Shown: positions 9,170-15,917 of the stretch, in pieces
How the letters are laid out: every line of letters begins with the position of its first letter
How positions within the stretch are numbered: position 1 is the first letter of the stretch
From: a virus
Lineage: Duplodnaviria > Heunggongvirae > Uroviricota > Caudoviricetes
Virus record (IMG/VR): IMGVR_UViG_3300047554_000375
Direction: 5' to 3' (one strand)
DNA length: 64,000 nucleotides
Notes under the pieces: model-generated
The model's input: only the letters and a program-made list of their open reading frames with translations
What the model was told of the DNA's origin: nothing
The model's database searches: none
Position numbers and translations under genes: made by a program

Positions 9170-9284
9170 TATAAAAACACATTATATCTGAAAAGATAAA
9201 AATTCTAGACAAGTAATCATATGTTGTTCGCGGATGCGTTAGATATCGGCGTAATCACGGCAGAGGTATAGTGTGTTTCTATAT

Positions 9285-9376
9285 GGAAAGTAATGCAGGT
9301 GCGATGGTGCGCCGACGGGCCTTGAAAACCCGGTTCTCAGAAATGGGATGGGGTTCGACTCCTCTGCTTTCCGCCA
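9285..9376 (+). tRNA. atypical long-variable-arm tRNA-like gene (Ser/Sec-like architecture, anticodon loop CTTGAAA, anticodon TGA)
   Basis: acceptor GGAAAGT/GCTTTCC plus G73-CCA, T-loop TTCGACT, long extra arm; D region folds as a 6-bp stem with a 4-nt loop; anticodon stem has only 4 bp. Confidence 0.5.
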
Positions 9377-9382
9377 AATTTT

Positions 9383-9470
9383 GGAGAGTTGGGTGAGTGG
9401 TTAAACCAGCAGTTTGCTAAACTGTCGTTTCGAAAGAGGCGCATCAGTTCGAATCTGATACTCTCCGCCA
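9383..9470 (+). tRNA. tRNA-Ser (anticodon GCT), long variable arm
   Basis: acceptor GGAGAGT/ACTCTCC, G73, CCA, anticodon loop TTGCTAA, T-loop TTCGAAT. Confidence 0.8.
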
Positions 9471-9477
9471 ATTAAGG

Positions 9478-9720
9478 ATGTTTATGTGGAAAGTTTATTT
9501 TGAAGATAATGAAATTCATGCGAGTGAATCATTAGTTGATGCATTAGAGTTTGCAAAATCACATTATGGTTTTGTTACTGTTAGTGATGGTCAACATGAA
9601 TTTGTAGGTAAGTTTGGATACGATGAAGTCAAAAACGGAAAATGTCCAGATGGTGTTAGTTATGATTGGACTATGCGGCGTGATGAAACACACCGAAGTT
9701 CAAGAAAAAAGTTAGTGTAG
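9478..9720 (+). CDS. hypothetical protein
   Basis: ORF with AAGGA RBS; stop codon overlaps the start of tRNA-Cys. Confidence 0.6.
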   Translation: MFMWKVYFEDNEIHASESLVDALEFAKSHYGFVTVSDGQHEFVGKFGYDEVKNGKCPDGVSYDWTMRRDETHRSSRKKLV

Positions 9721-9794
9721 CGGTGGCAGAGTGGTCAATTGCAACGGATTGCAAATCCGTAAAGCCGTGAGTTCAAATCTCACCCGCTACTCCA
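9717..9794 (+). tRNA. tRNA-Cys (anticodon GCA)
   Basis: acceptor GTAGCGG/CCGCTAC, anticodon loop TTGCAAA, T-loop TTCAAAT, CCA. Confidence 0.75.
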
Positions 9795-9827
9795 GTTGTT
9801 AAAAAACAACAACGATAAAAAAAGTTG

Positions 9828-9855
9828 TTGACAAATTTTGTGGTTGTGTTATACT
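9828..9855 (+). promoter_or_regulatory. sigma70-type promoter TTGACA-N16-TATACT
   Basis: hexamers. Confidence 0.65.
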
Positions 9856-9880
9856 ACATCCATGAGTTGAGAAATCAACA

Positions 9881-9908
9881 TGTTCTTTAAAAATTTGTAG
9901 AGTAAAAA
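9881..9908 (+). repeat. repeat A copy 2
   Basis: identical to 9067-9092. Confidence 0.8.
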
Positions 9909-9909
9909 T

Positions 9910-9984
9910 ACTCCGTTCGTCTATCGGTTAGGACACCGGGTTTTCAACCCGATAAGACCAGTTCGATTCTGGTACGGAGTACCA
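9910..9984 (+). tRNA. tRNA-Glu (anticodon TTC)
   Basis: acceptor ACTCCGT/ACGGAGT, loop TTTTCAA, T-loop TTCGATT, CCA. Confidence 0.75.
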
Positions 9985-10111
9985 TTTGTTTTGTTGTCGT
10001 AAGCCATGAGGTAAACGTCAACCTTGAGTAACTATGACAATAAACGGTAGGGTGGCCACCAATTCCGTTGAGACTTAGCAAATAGTGCGACAACAAAATA
10101 AATGGTAGAAT

Positions 10112-10186
10112 GCCTTGATAGCATAAAGGTAGTGCAGTCAACTCATAATTGATAAGGTACTGGTTCGAATCCAGTTCAAGGCACCA
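10112..10186 (+). tRNA. tRNA with anticodon CAT (elongator Met or Ile2-type)
   Basis: acceptor GCCTTGA/TCAAGGC, loop CTCATAA, T-loop TTCGAAT, CCA. Confidence 0.75.
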
Positions 10187-10193
10187 CCTATTT

Positions 10194-10268
10194 GGGTTCA
10201 TAACTTAACGGCTAAAGTAACTGGCTTTTAACCAGTAAATCAGAGTTCGATTCTCTGTGGACCTACCA
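10194..10268 (+). tRNA. tRNA-Lys (anticodon TTT)
   Basis: loop CTTTTAA, stem ACTGG/CCAGT, T-loop TTCGATT, CCA. Confidence 0.75.
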
Positions 10269-10278
10269 GATAAAATTT

Positions 10279-10364
10279 GGAGAGCGAGAAGCATTGGTGA
10301 CTTCAGGTGACTGTAAATCATCCGCCTTACGGTATACGGGGTTCGATTCCCTGGCTCTCCACCA
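10279..10364 (+). tRNA. tRNA-Tyr (anticodon GTA), long variable arm
   Basis: acceptor GGAGAGC/GCTCTCC, loop CTGTAAA, T-loop TTCGATT, CCA. Confidence 0.8.
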
Positions 10365-10433
10365 TTTTTGATTATTGTAGTGTGTCGGCTTGCTGATAAA
10401 CTTTAAGTAGAGATTACAATAATCATTTTATTT

Positions 10434-10508
10434 GCCTCGTTAATATAATGGCTATTATGCCCGCCTGTCCAGCGGAGAACAGGAGTTCGATTCTCCTACG
10501 AGGCGCCA
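10434..10508 (+). tRNA. tRNA-Asp (anticodon GTC)
   Basis: acceptor GCCTCGT/ACGAGGC, G73, loop CTGTCCA, T-loop TTCGATT. Confidence 0.7.
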
Positions 10509-10579
10509 GAGCAAACGACATGTATTTGTCCAACGGTTGTTAGTGACGATGGGTGATATCGGAACTATCAAAATTTTAT

Positions 10580-10654
10580 TCCACAGTAGCACAGCGGTAG
10601 TGCAGGAGACTGTTAATCTCTTGGTCGTAGGTTCGATCCCTGCCTGTGGAGCCA
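10580..10654 (+). tRNA. tRNA-Asn (anticodon GTT)
   Basis: D-stem GCAC/GTGC, loop CTGTTAA, T-loop TTCGATC, G73 CCA. Confidence 0.8.
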
Positions 10655-10658
10655 ATAT

Positions 10659-10735
10659 GCCCTGGTGACGGAATTGGTATACGTACTGGTCTTAGAAACC
10701 AGGTTCTGAGGGTTCGAGTCCCTCCTAGGGCACCA
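10659..10735 (+). tRNA. type-I (short variable loop) tRNA with leucine anticodon TAG
   Basis: perfect anticodon stem CTGGT/ACCAG, 7-nt loop CTTAGAA, T-loop TTCGAGT, A73, CCA; paralogous to 14570 and 14651. Confidence 0.7.
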
Positions 10736-10785
10736 GAGCCTCGCCTTAACTTGCGGCGTATAATAAGATAAGTAGTAAGTTATTT

Positions 10786-10860
10786 GGGCTGTTAGTGATA
10801 ATGGGAGCACATCGGTTTTGCACGCCGAAGGTAAGAGTTCGATTCTCTTACGGTCCACCA
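10786..10860 (+). tRNA. tRNA-Ala (anticodon TGC)
   Basis: acceptor GGGCTGT (G3-U70), loop TTTGCAC, T-loop TTCGATT, A73 CCA. Confidence 0.75.
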
Positions 10861-10867
10861 AATTTTT

Positions 10868-10941
10868 GCCCCTGTAGTTAAATGGTAGAACATCGGTTTT
10901 GTAATCCGAGGACGGGAGTTCGATTCTCTCTAGGGGCACCA
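10868..10941 (+). tRNA. tRNA-Thr (anticodon TGT)
   Basis: acceptor GCCCCTG/TAGGGGC, loop TTTGTAA, T-loop TTCGATT. Confidence 0.7.
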
Positions 10942-10948
10942 TTTTTAT

Positions 10949-11022
10949 CTCGGATTAGTTTAGTGGTAAAACTCGTGGTTTGGGACCATGGGTCGGAAGT
11001 TCGATTCTTCCATCCGAGACCA
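10949..11022 (+). tRNA. tRNA-Pro (anticodon TGG)
   Basis: acceptor CTCGGAT/ATCCGAG, D-stem GTTT/AAAC, loop TTTGGGA, T-loop TTCGATT. Confidence 0.75.
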
Positions 11023-11028
11023 TTTTAT

Positions 11029-11102
11029 AGCGGGTAGGTCAAGTGACCCGGCAGGTCTCATAAGCCTGACTGAGTGTGGAGCATTACCATGACCCGCTTC
11101 CA
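11029..11102 (+). other. degenerate tRNA-like element (pseudo-tRNA?)
   Basis: perfect 7-bp acceptor AGCGGGT/ACCCGCT plus T-CCA, but no canonical T-loop (AGCATTA) and no clean anticodon arm; internal duplication of GACCCG. Confidence 0.4.
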
Positions 11103-11107
11103 ATTTT

Positions 11108-11183
11108 GGTGATATAGTTCAATTGGTAGAACACCACCTTCATACGGTGACTGTTGGGAGTTCAAGTCTCTCTATCACCACCA
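11108..11183 (+). tRNA. second tRNA with anticodon CAT (Met/Ile2-type)
   Basis: acceptor GGTGATA/TATCACC, D-stem GTTC/GAAC, loop TTCATAC, T-loop TTCAAGT, CCA. Confidence 0.7.
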
Positions 11184-11236
11184 AAATTCTGAAAGATACG
11201 AAACTTATAAATAGTTCGTATCTTAAAGGAATAAAA

Positions 11237-11665
11237 ATGAAAACATGTTCGTGTTGTAATAATCTATTTTCTATAGAAGAATTTGCATTCAAGGATAAAA
11301 AATTGAATAAAAGAGTTGCCATGTGTAATGGTTGTAGAAAAGAGAGACAAAAACAGTCATATTATAAACATCATCAAACAAATTTGACTAGAGTAAAGAA
11401 TTACAAGAAACAAAACAAAGATTGGTTTCTGGAAATGAAGGAAACATTGTCTTGTTGTGTTTGTGGTGAATCTGAATCGTCATGTTTAGATTTTCATCAT
11501 ATAGATGAAAATGAAAAAGATTTTAATATCTCCGATTATTCGGAATCTAGTAAGAATAAACTTATTAGAGAGATTAATAAGTGTGCATGCCTATGTTCAA
11601 ATTGTCATAGGAAACATCATGCAGGAAAATTATTTGCGCCTTTGGTGAAACTGGATATCACATAA
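11237..11665 (+). CDS. HNH homing endonuclease
   Basis: RBS AAGGA; Cys-rich zinc-finger motifs and an HNH core (DFHHID...N...CSNCH); track start 11123 lies inside the tRNA, so ATG 11237 is used. Confidence 0.8.
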   Translation: MKTCSCCNNLFSIEEFAFKDKKLNKRVAMCNGCRKERQKQSYYKHHQTNLTRVKNYKKQNKDWFLEMKETLSCCVCGESESSCLDFHHIDENEKDFNISDYSESSKNKLIREINKCACLCSNCHRKHHAGKLFAPLVKLDIT

Positions 11666-11711
11666 GTCTACGAAATTTAGGTTGGGGATTCGAATTCCTC
11701 AGGGCGCACCA
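11636..11711 (+). tRNA. tRNA-Arg (anticodon ACG)
   Basis: acceptor GCGCCTT/AGGGCGC, loop CTACGAA, T-loop TTCGAAT, A73 CCA; the 5' half overlaps the last 30 nt of the HNH ORF. Confidence 0.7.
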
Positions 11712-11720
11712 AAAAAATTT

Positions 11721-11794
11721 ACCCGGATAGTTAAATGGTATAACGGTCGGCTGATAACCGGCTATCACAAGTTCGATTCTTGTTCTGGGTACCA
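11721..11794 (+). tRNA. tRNA-Ile (anticodon GAT)
   Basis: acceptor ACCCGGA/TCTGGGT, loop CTGATAA, T-loop TTCGATT. Confidence 0.75.
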
Positions 11795-11799
11795 AATGT

Positions 11800-11873
11800 A
11801 TCTCGTAAGTGTTACGGTAGCACATCAGTCTCCAAAACTGAGGGCCGGGGTTCGACTCCCTGACGGGGTGCCA
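11800..11873 (+). tRNA. tRNA-Trp (anticodon CCA)
   Basis: stem TCAGT/ACTGA, loop CTCCAAA, T-loop TTCGACT, G73 CCA. Confidence 0.7.
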
Positions 11874-11894
11874 GTTCGTTAGAAAAGGAATAAT

Positions 11895-12365
11895 ATGTAC
11901 AACGAAAAAATTGATTTAGAAGAAGTTAAAGCATACGTGGAAAATTGTGGTCCAGATACCAAAATTTATCTGGGTTGCGATTCTGAAAAAGTTAAGATTG
12001 GTAATGATTGGTACGCTGATTACATTATCGCCATCGTTGTGCATATTGACGGTAAACATGGTTGCAAAATCTTTGGTCAAATTACCAGAGAAAGAGACTA
12101 TGAAAAACAGCGCAATAAGCCTAGAATGCGGTTGATGAATGAAGTGTATAAAGTGGCTGATATGTACCTGCAATTGTCGGAAATGATTGCAAATGATATT
12201 GAAGTTCATCTTGACATTAACCCAAATCAACTATATAATTCTAGTATTGTTGTTAACGAAGCAGTAGGTTACATTAAGGGAATGTGTAATGTTGTGCCTT
12301 TGGTTAAGCCAAATGCATTCGCCGCTTCTTACGCCGCAGATAGATTGAAAAGTCTAGCGGCATAA
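11895..12365 (+). CDS. hypothetical protein (156 aa)
   Basis: ORF with RBS AAGGAA. Confidence 0.75.
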   Translation: MYNEKIDLEEVKAYVENCGPDTKIYLGCDSEKVKIGNDWYADYIIAIVVHIDGKHGCKIFGQITRERDYEKQRNKPRMRLMNEVYKVADMYLQLSEMIANDIEVHLDINPNQLYNSSIVVNEAVGYIKGMCNVVPLVKPNAFAASYAADRLKSLAA

Positions 12366-12453
12366 AACAGACCCCGATGACCATATCGTTAAATGGGCAC
12401 CAATTTGTTTCGGAATACACTGGTAAACATTAGTGTATTTCAAAATAAATTGC

Positions 12454-12482
12454 TTGACAAGTTGTTGTGACTATGTTACAAT
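12454..12482 (+). promoter_or_regulatory. sigma70-type promoter TTGACA-N17-TACAAT
   Basis: hexamers; it drives the ORF-free region. Confidence 0.65.
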
Positions 12483-12488
12483 AACAAC

Positions 12489-13380
12489 ATCAAGAAATTG
12501 AAATATGGTGGTTTAGCATCATAAGATAAGACAAGTGATTGTCCCAAAGGAGGTATGCCTACATAACTCCGCTAGAAATAGTCTATCTAAACAAGCCTGC
12601 TCACTATCGAAAGGTAGCAATCACTGATAAGACCGGTGGTTGTAACAATGACGCTGGATGTTGTGGAAAGAATTATTGGCTCAAGCGCCCGCAAGGGTAA
12701 CGCAAGTCATTAGAGAGTAACGGGTGGTGCCGACCTCACAACGAAACCAATCCAGTTAATTGGTATGAGAAAGGGTAGCGTATTTGTCCGAGATGTTGCA
12801 GTTAAGGGCTCATATGCAGTTTTAATGGTTGATGGAGGTATGCGAAAGCCGAGACCCGACATTAATCGTGAAAAACGACTGAGTAGTTCGCAAGACAAAA
12901 GGTACGTGGTGTGTTGTATTCTGTATTACAAAATAGTATGGAGCAACTGTGTCAGCACATCGCAGTAGGTTGATATAGCTCATTTGGTAGAGCATCTGTA
13001 TTGTCCACAGACGGCAGTTGGTTCGATTCCAACTATCTTAACGAAAACGCAAAGACTGACACGGTCATAGATGAAGAACATCTAATACTTGAGTGGTAAC
13101 ACAATCAAGTCAGACGTAACTCGCAAGGTGAAATCTGTTTATGATAGAAGTTTCGTAACTACTTAGCGGTAGTGAATGGCTCTAAAGGTCAACGGAGAAT
13201 AAATCGTAGAGTAATTTATGGCGACAAGACTAATGCCTGTCTTTCAAAACGGCGATGTTGACAGCAGACTAGATTACTATGCAAATAGAATTTAGTGGAA
13301 GTCGGAAGAAAGTAGACTCGCAAGGTTTACAATAATGTCCGAGGTGTTGTTCGGTAAGCATGTATTCTCAGTGCACCAAT
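12489..13380 (+). ncRNA. ORF-free transcribed region, candidate structured RNA(s)
   Basis: no ORF above 67 aa on either strand, a consensus promoter upstream, recurrent C-GCAA-G (GNRA) hairpin motifs, and an embedded defective tRNA-like element. Confidence 0.35.
12967..13040 (+). other. tRNA-like element with disrupted acceptor stem (Thr TGT-like body)
   Basis: canonical D-arm GCTC/GAGC, anticodon stem TCTGT/ACAGA with loop ATTGTCC, T-arm GTTGG-TTCGATT-CCAAC, but the 3' acceptor strand carries a 2-nt bulge and no CCA. Confidence 0.4.
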
Positions 13381-13382
13381 AT

Positions 13383-13456
13383 GCGGGATTAGTTTAGTGG
13401 CAAAACGCTATCCTTCCAAGTTAGAGTTATCAGTTCGATTCTGATATCCCGCTCCA
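13383..13456 (+). tRNA. tRNA-Gly (anticodon TCC)
   Basis: acceptor GCGGGAT/ATCCCGC, loop CTTCCAA, T-loop TTCGATT, CCA. Confidence 0.75.
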
Positions 13457-13587
13457 TATAAAAACATTCTTGACGGTGTATGTATCGCACTGAAACTAGC
13501 GGTAACTGCATCGGTGCCTCTGGCAGGGTGCGAAAAGTTAATGTGCCAGCATTGACGAATTATTAAGTGTGTTTCTATATGGATTTT

Positions 13588-13661
13588 GCGGGTATGATGT
13601 AAAGGTAACCTGAAACCTTGCCAAGGTTTATTTGCGAGTTCGATTCTCGCTACCCGCTCCA
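13588..13661 (+). tRNA. tRNA-Gly (anticodon GCC)
   Basis: acceptor GCGGGTA/TACCCGC, stem AAACC/GGTTT, loop TTGCCAA, T-loop TTCGATT. Confidence 0.75.
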
Positions 13662-13666
13662 ATTAT

Positions 13667-13741
13667 GGAGTTATTAGTTTAGTGGTAAAACCACGGGTTG
13701 TGATTCCGTTATCACGAGTTCGATTCTCGTATAACTCCCCA
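13667..13741 (+). tRNA. tRNA-His (anticodon GTG) with G-1
   Basis: acceptor GAGTTAT/ATAACTC, extra 5' G opposite C73, loop TTGTGAT. Confidence 0.75.
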
Positions 13742-13748
13742 AAAAAAT

Positions 13749-13823
13749 GCCTCGTTAACTCAGCGGTAGAGTAACTCTTTTACACGGAGAAGGTCGGCAG
13801 TTCAATCCTGTCACGAGGTACCA
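13749..13823 (+). tRNA. tRNA-Val (anticodon TAC)
   Basis: acceptor GCCTCGT/ACGAGGT, loop TTTACAC, T-loop TTCAATC. Confidence 0.7.
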
Positions 13824-13826
13824 TTT

Positions 13827-13900
13827 GCTTCCATAGTATAGTGATAATACACGCCCTTGGTACGGGCGAGCCCTGAGTTTGATTCTCGGTGGAAGCACCA
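13827..13900 (+). tRNA. tRNA-Thr (anticodon GGT)
   Basis: acceptor GCTTCCA/TGGAAGC, stem CGCCC/GGGCG, loop TTGGTAC. Confidence 0.75.
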
Positions 13901-13901
13901 T

Positions 13902-13977
13902 GCAACTTTAGCTGATGTGGTCATAGCGGTGGTCTGAAGAACCATTGAAAGAGGTTCGATTCCTCTAGGTTGCACCA
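13902..13977 (+). tRNA. tRNA-Phe (anticodon GAA)
   Basis: acceptor GCAACTT/AGGTTGC, loop CTGAAGA, T-loop TTCGATT. Confidence 0.75.
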
Positions 13978-13995
13978 TTTTATTAGGAGTTTAAC

Positions 13996-14568
13996 ATGCC
14001 AGCAGTTTTTCTTGTAAGTGACACACACTTCGGTCACGCTGGTGTGTGTAGATTCACCGACTCAACAACAGGTGAAAAAATTAGACCATGGACTGATCCA
14101 GATGAAATGGATGAGGCAATGGTAAAGCGTTGGAATGAAACGGTAAGACCAAATGATAAAGTATATCATCTTGGTGATGTTGTTATCAATCGTAAAGCAC
14201 TTTCAATTATGAGTAGACTTAACGGCGATAAGGTTCTTATTCGTGGTAACCATGATATCTTCCGTGATGATGAATATAGACAATACTTCCGTGAACTTCG
14301 TGCATATCATGTAATGAACGGAATGATTCTTTCACATATTCCAATTCACGAAGCCAGTCTTGGTCGTTTTGGTACTAACATTCATGGACACCTTCATACT
14401 GGTCGTGTGATGACAGGCATTAAAAATTCTAAGGTTGATGTGAGATATCACTGTGTTTGCGTTGAACAAACAGATTTTCGTCCTATTCTTTTTGAAGATG
14501 TTATCAAACGAATCAAAGATGAAGGTGGTGAAGTCGGTTTCAAAAACGGAAACGGACCAACAATGTGA
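13996..14568 (+). CDS. calcineurin-like metallophosphoesterase
   Basis: N-terminal VSDTHFGH, GDxxD, GNHD motifs. Confidence 0.85.
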   Translation: MPAVFLVSDTHFGHAGVCRFTDSTTGEKIRPWTDPDEMDEAMVKRWNETVRPNDKVYHLGDVVINRKALSIMSRLNGDKVLIRGNHDIFRDDEYRQYFRELRAYHVMNGMILSHIPIHEASLGRFGTNIHGHLHTGRVMTGIKNSKVDVRYHCVCVEQTDFRPILFEDVIKRIKDEGGEVGFKNGNGPTM

Positions 14569-14569
14569 T

Positions 14570-14646
14570 GCGGTTGTGACGGAATTGGTATACGTATCGG
14601 ACTTAAAATCCGAGTTCTGAGGGTTCGACTCCCTCCTTCCGCACCA
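14570..14646 (+). tRNA. type-I tRNA with leucine anticodon TAA; acceptor stem has two U-U mismatches
   Basis: stem TCGGA/TCCGA, loop CTTAAAA, T-loop TTCGACT, A73 CCA; acceptor GCGGTTG vs CTTCCGC; backbone TGACGGAATTGGTATACGT shared with 10659. Confidence 0.6.
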
Positions 14647-14650
14647 ATTT

Positions 14651-14727
14651 GCCCTTATGACGGAATTGGCATACGTGTTTGATTCAAAATCAAAATTTTG
14701 TGAGTTCGAATCTCACTTTGGGCACCA
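14651..14727 (+). tRNA. type-I tRNA with leucine anticodon CAA; acceptor stem has two U-U mismatches
   Basis: stem TTTGA/TCAAA, loop TTCAAAA, T-loop TTCGAAT, A73 CCA; acceptor GCCCTTA vs TTTGGGC. Confidence 0.6.
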
Positions 14728-14730
14728 TAA

Positions 14731-14753
14731 TTACTCTACAAATTTTTAAAGAA
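14731..14753 (-). repeat. repeat A copy 3 (inverted orientation)
   Basis: reverse complement of TTCTTTAAAAATTTGTAGAGTAA, abutting tRNA-Arg(TCT). Confidence 0.8.
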
Positions 14754-14756
14754 TAG

Positions 14757-14831
14757 CTGGCGTTAGTATAATGGATAATACAGTAGGCTTCTACCCTTCT
14801 GATGGGAGTTCGATTCTCTCACGCCGGACCA
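14757..14831 (+). tRNA. tRNA-Arg (anticodon TCT)
   Basis: acceptor CTGGCGT/ACGCCGG, D-stem GTAT/ATAC, loop CTTCTAC, T-loop TTCGATT. Confidence 0.7.
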
Positions 14832-14987
14832 TCAAGTTTCCAGTCAATCTGACGATATAAATACCAGTATTGACCTAGGTCAAAGGAAACAAATGCTCAA
14901 AAAGTCACCAGTGGTGGTGCTTTTTGTTATGGCTATATTATCGGTTACTGAATCGACCACACCACTCCACACCCATAGGATCGCATA

Positions 14988-15770
14988 ATGGATCCAGTCA
15001 CACTATTTGCACTAGCGAATGGTGCGGTGTCTGCCGTCAAAGCCGGATGCAAACTTTATAAAGATATCAAAGGCGCCGCAGGTGAAGTCAAAGATGTTCT
15101 TAAGGACATGGATGAACAATTCAAGAAAATACATCCACCTGAAAAACCACCAACGATAGAACAAAAAAATAATTTCATTAAAAAGAAAAATGAAGTTATT
15201 GAATTAAACAAAAAAGCAAACGCAGGTCAACACACCGGTATTTACCAAGAGATTGGTGAACAACTTGGCACATACTACGACAACTACTATAAATGCCAGG
15301 CTATATTTGATGAAGAAGAAAAAAGAGCCGAGAGTGAAGTCTATACGGGTGATGCATCATTAGGTAAGAGAGCATTACAACGAGTTCTAATGAGAAAACA
15401 ATTAGAACAAATGGGTGTTGAATTGAGAGAAACAATGGTGTATCAAAGTCCACCAGAATTAGGAGCACTTTACTCCGAAGTTGAAGCGATGATGAAACAC
15501 ATGGGACAAACCCAGCGTGTTCTTATCGCAAAACAAATGCGTGAAGAAGAGTTGGCGAAAGTTAGAAGAAAGAAAAGATTAGAGAAATTGCGTATTGAAA
15601 TTGCTATCGGTATTTCTGCAATAGTATTTTCCGCATTCATTGGTTTAACTATGGCATATGTCGTACAAGATAGAATTCAAAAATATCCACATTTAGGTGA
15701 TGGATGGATTCCAAAATCTGAAGAGCAAAGACGCCGTGATGCGGCACCTAAAGTTTGGATTGGAAGATAA
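14988..15770 (+). CDS. hypothetical protein with C-terminal TM helix
   Basis: ORF track. Confidence 0.7.
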   Translation: MDPVTLFALANGAVSAVKAGCKLYKDIKGAAGEVKDVLKDMDEQFKKIHPPEKPPTIEQKNNFIKKKNEVIELNKKANAGQHTGIYQEIGEQLGTYYDNYYKCQAIFDEEEKRAESEVYTGDASLGKRALQRVLMRKQLEQMGVELRETMVYQSPPELGALYSEVEAMMKHMGQTQRVLIAKQMREEELAKVRRKKRLEKLRIEIAIGISAIVFSAFIGLTMAYVVQDRIQKYPHLGDGWIPKSEEQRRRDAAPKVWIGR

Positions 15771-15910
15771 TGAAAACACCATGGTCTGACCTATTGCAAT
15801 ATGGTGTAGTTTTGGCTACAATAGTAGTTCTATTAATTGCTGGGATTATCGTTTTTTCATTTTTTGGCTTTGCGGTTTTCTTAGGAAAACTTTGGATGCT
15901 GATAAAATAA
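15770..15910 (+). CDS. small membrane protein (46 aa)
   Basis: ATGA overlap, hydrophobic. Confidence 0.45.
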   Translation: MKTPWSDLLQYGVVLATIVVLLIAGIIVFSFFGFAVFLGKLWMLIK

Positions 15911-15917
15911 ATAAACG

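Noticed and set aside
9989-10100. Long-range inverted repeat TTTTGTTGTCG...CGACAACAAAA, and a similar one at 10369-10430, as possible mobile-element ends
   Set aside because: They enclose only about 90 and 40 nt with no ORF. They more likely form spacer hairpins (processing or terminator-like) between tRNAs. They are noted here but not called as mobile elements.
9944-11322. Minus-strand ORFs 9944-10201, 10455-10655, 10613-10942 and 11140-11322, and the first 114 nt of plus-strand ORF 11123-11665
   Set aside because: They overlap densely packed tRNA genes. The translations are driven by tRNA sequence and there are no RBSs. The HNH gene is started at ATG 11237 instead.
12710-12968. Short ORFs 12710-12898 (minus) and 12765-12968 (plus) in the ORF-free region
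   Set aside because: No RBS, odd composition (KR-rich read-through), and overlap with hairpin motifs. The region is treated as non-coding.
8800-14830. CRISPR array or other periodic repeat structure in the tRNA island
   Set aside because: The similar units seen are tRNA paralogs and short flank motifs with irregular spacing. There are no equal-length repeat-spacer periodicity and no cas genes.
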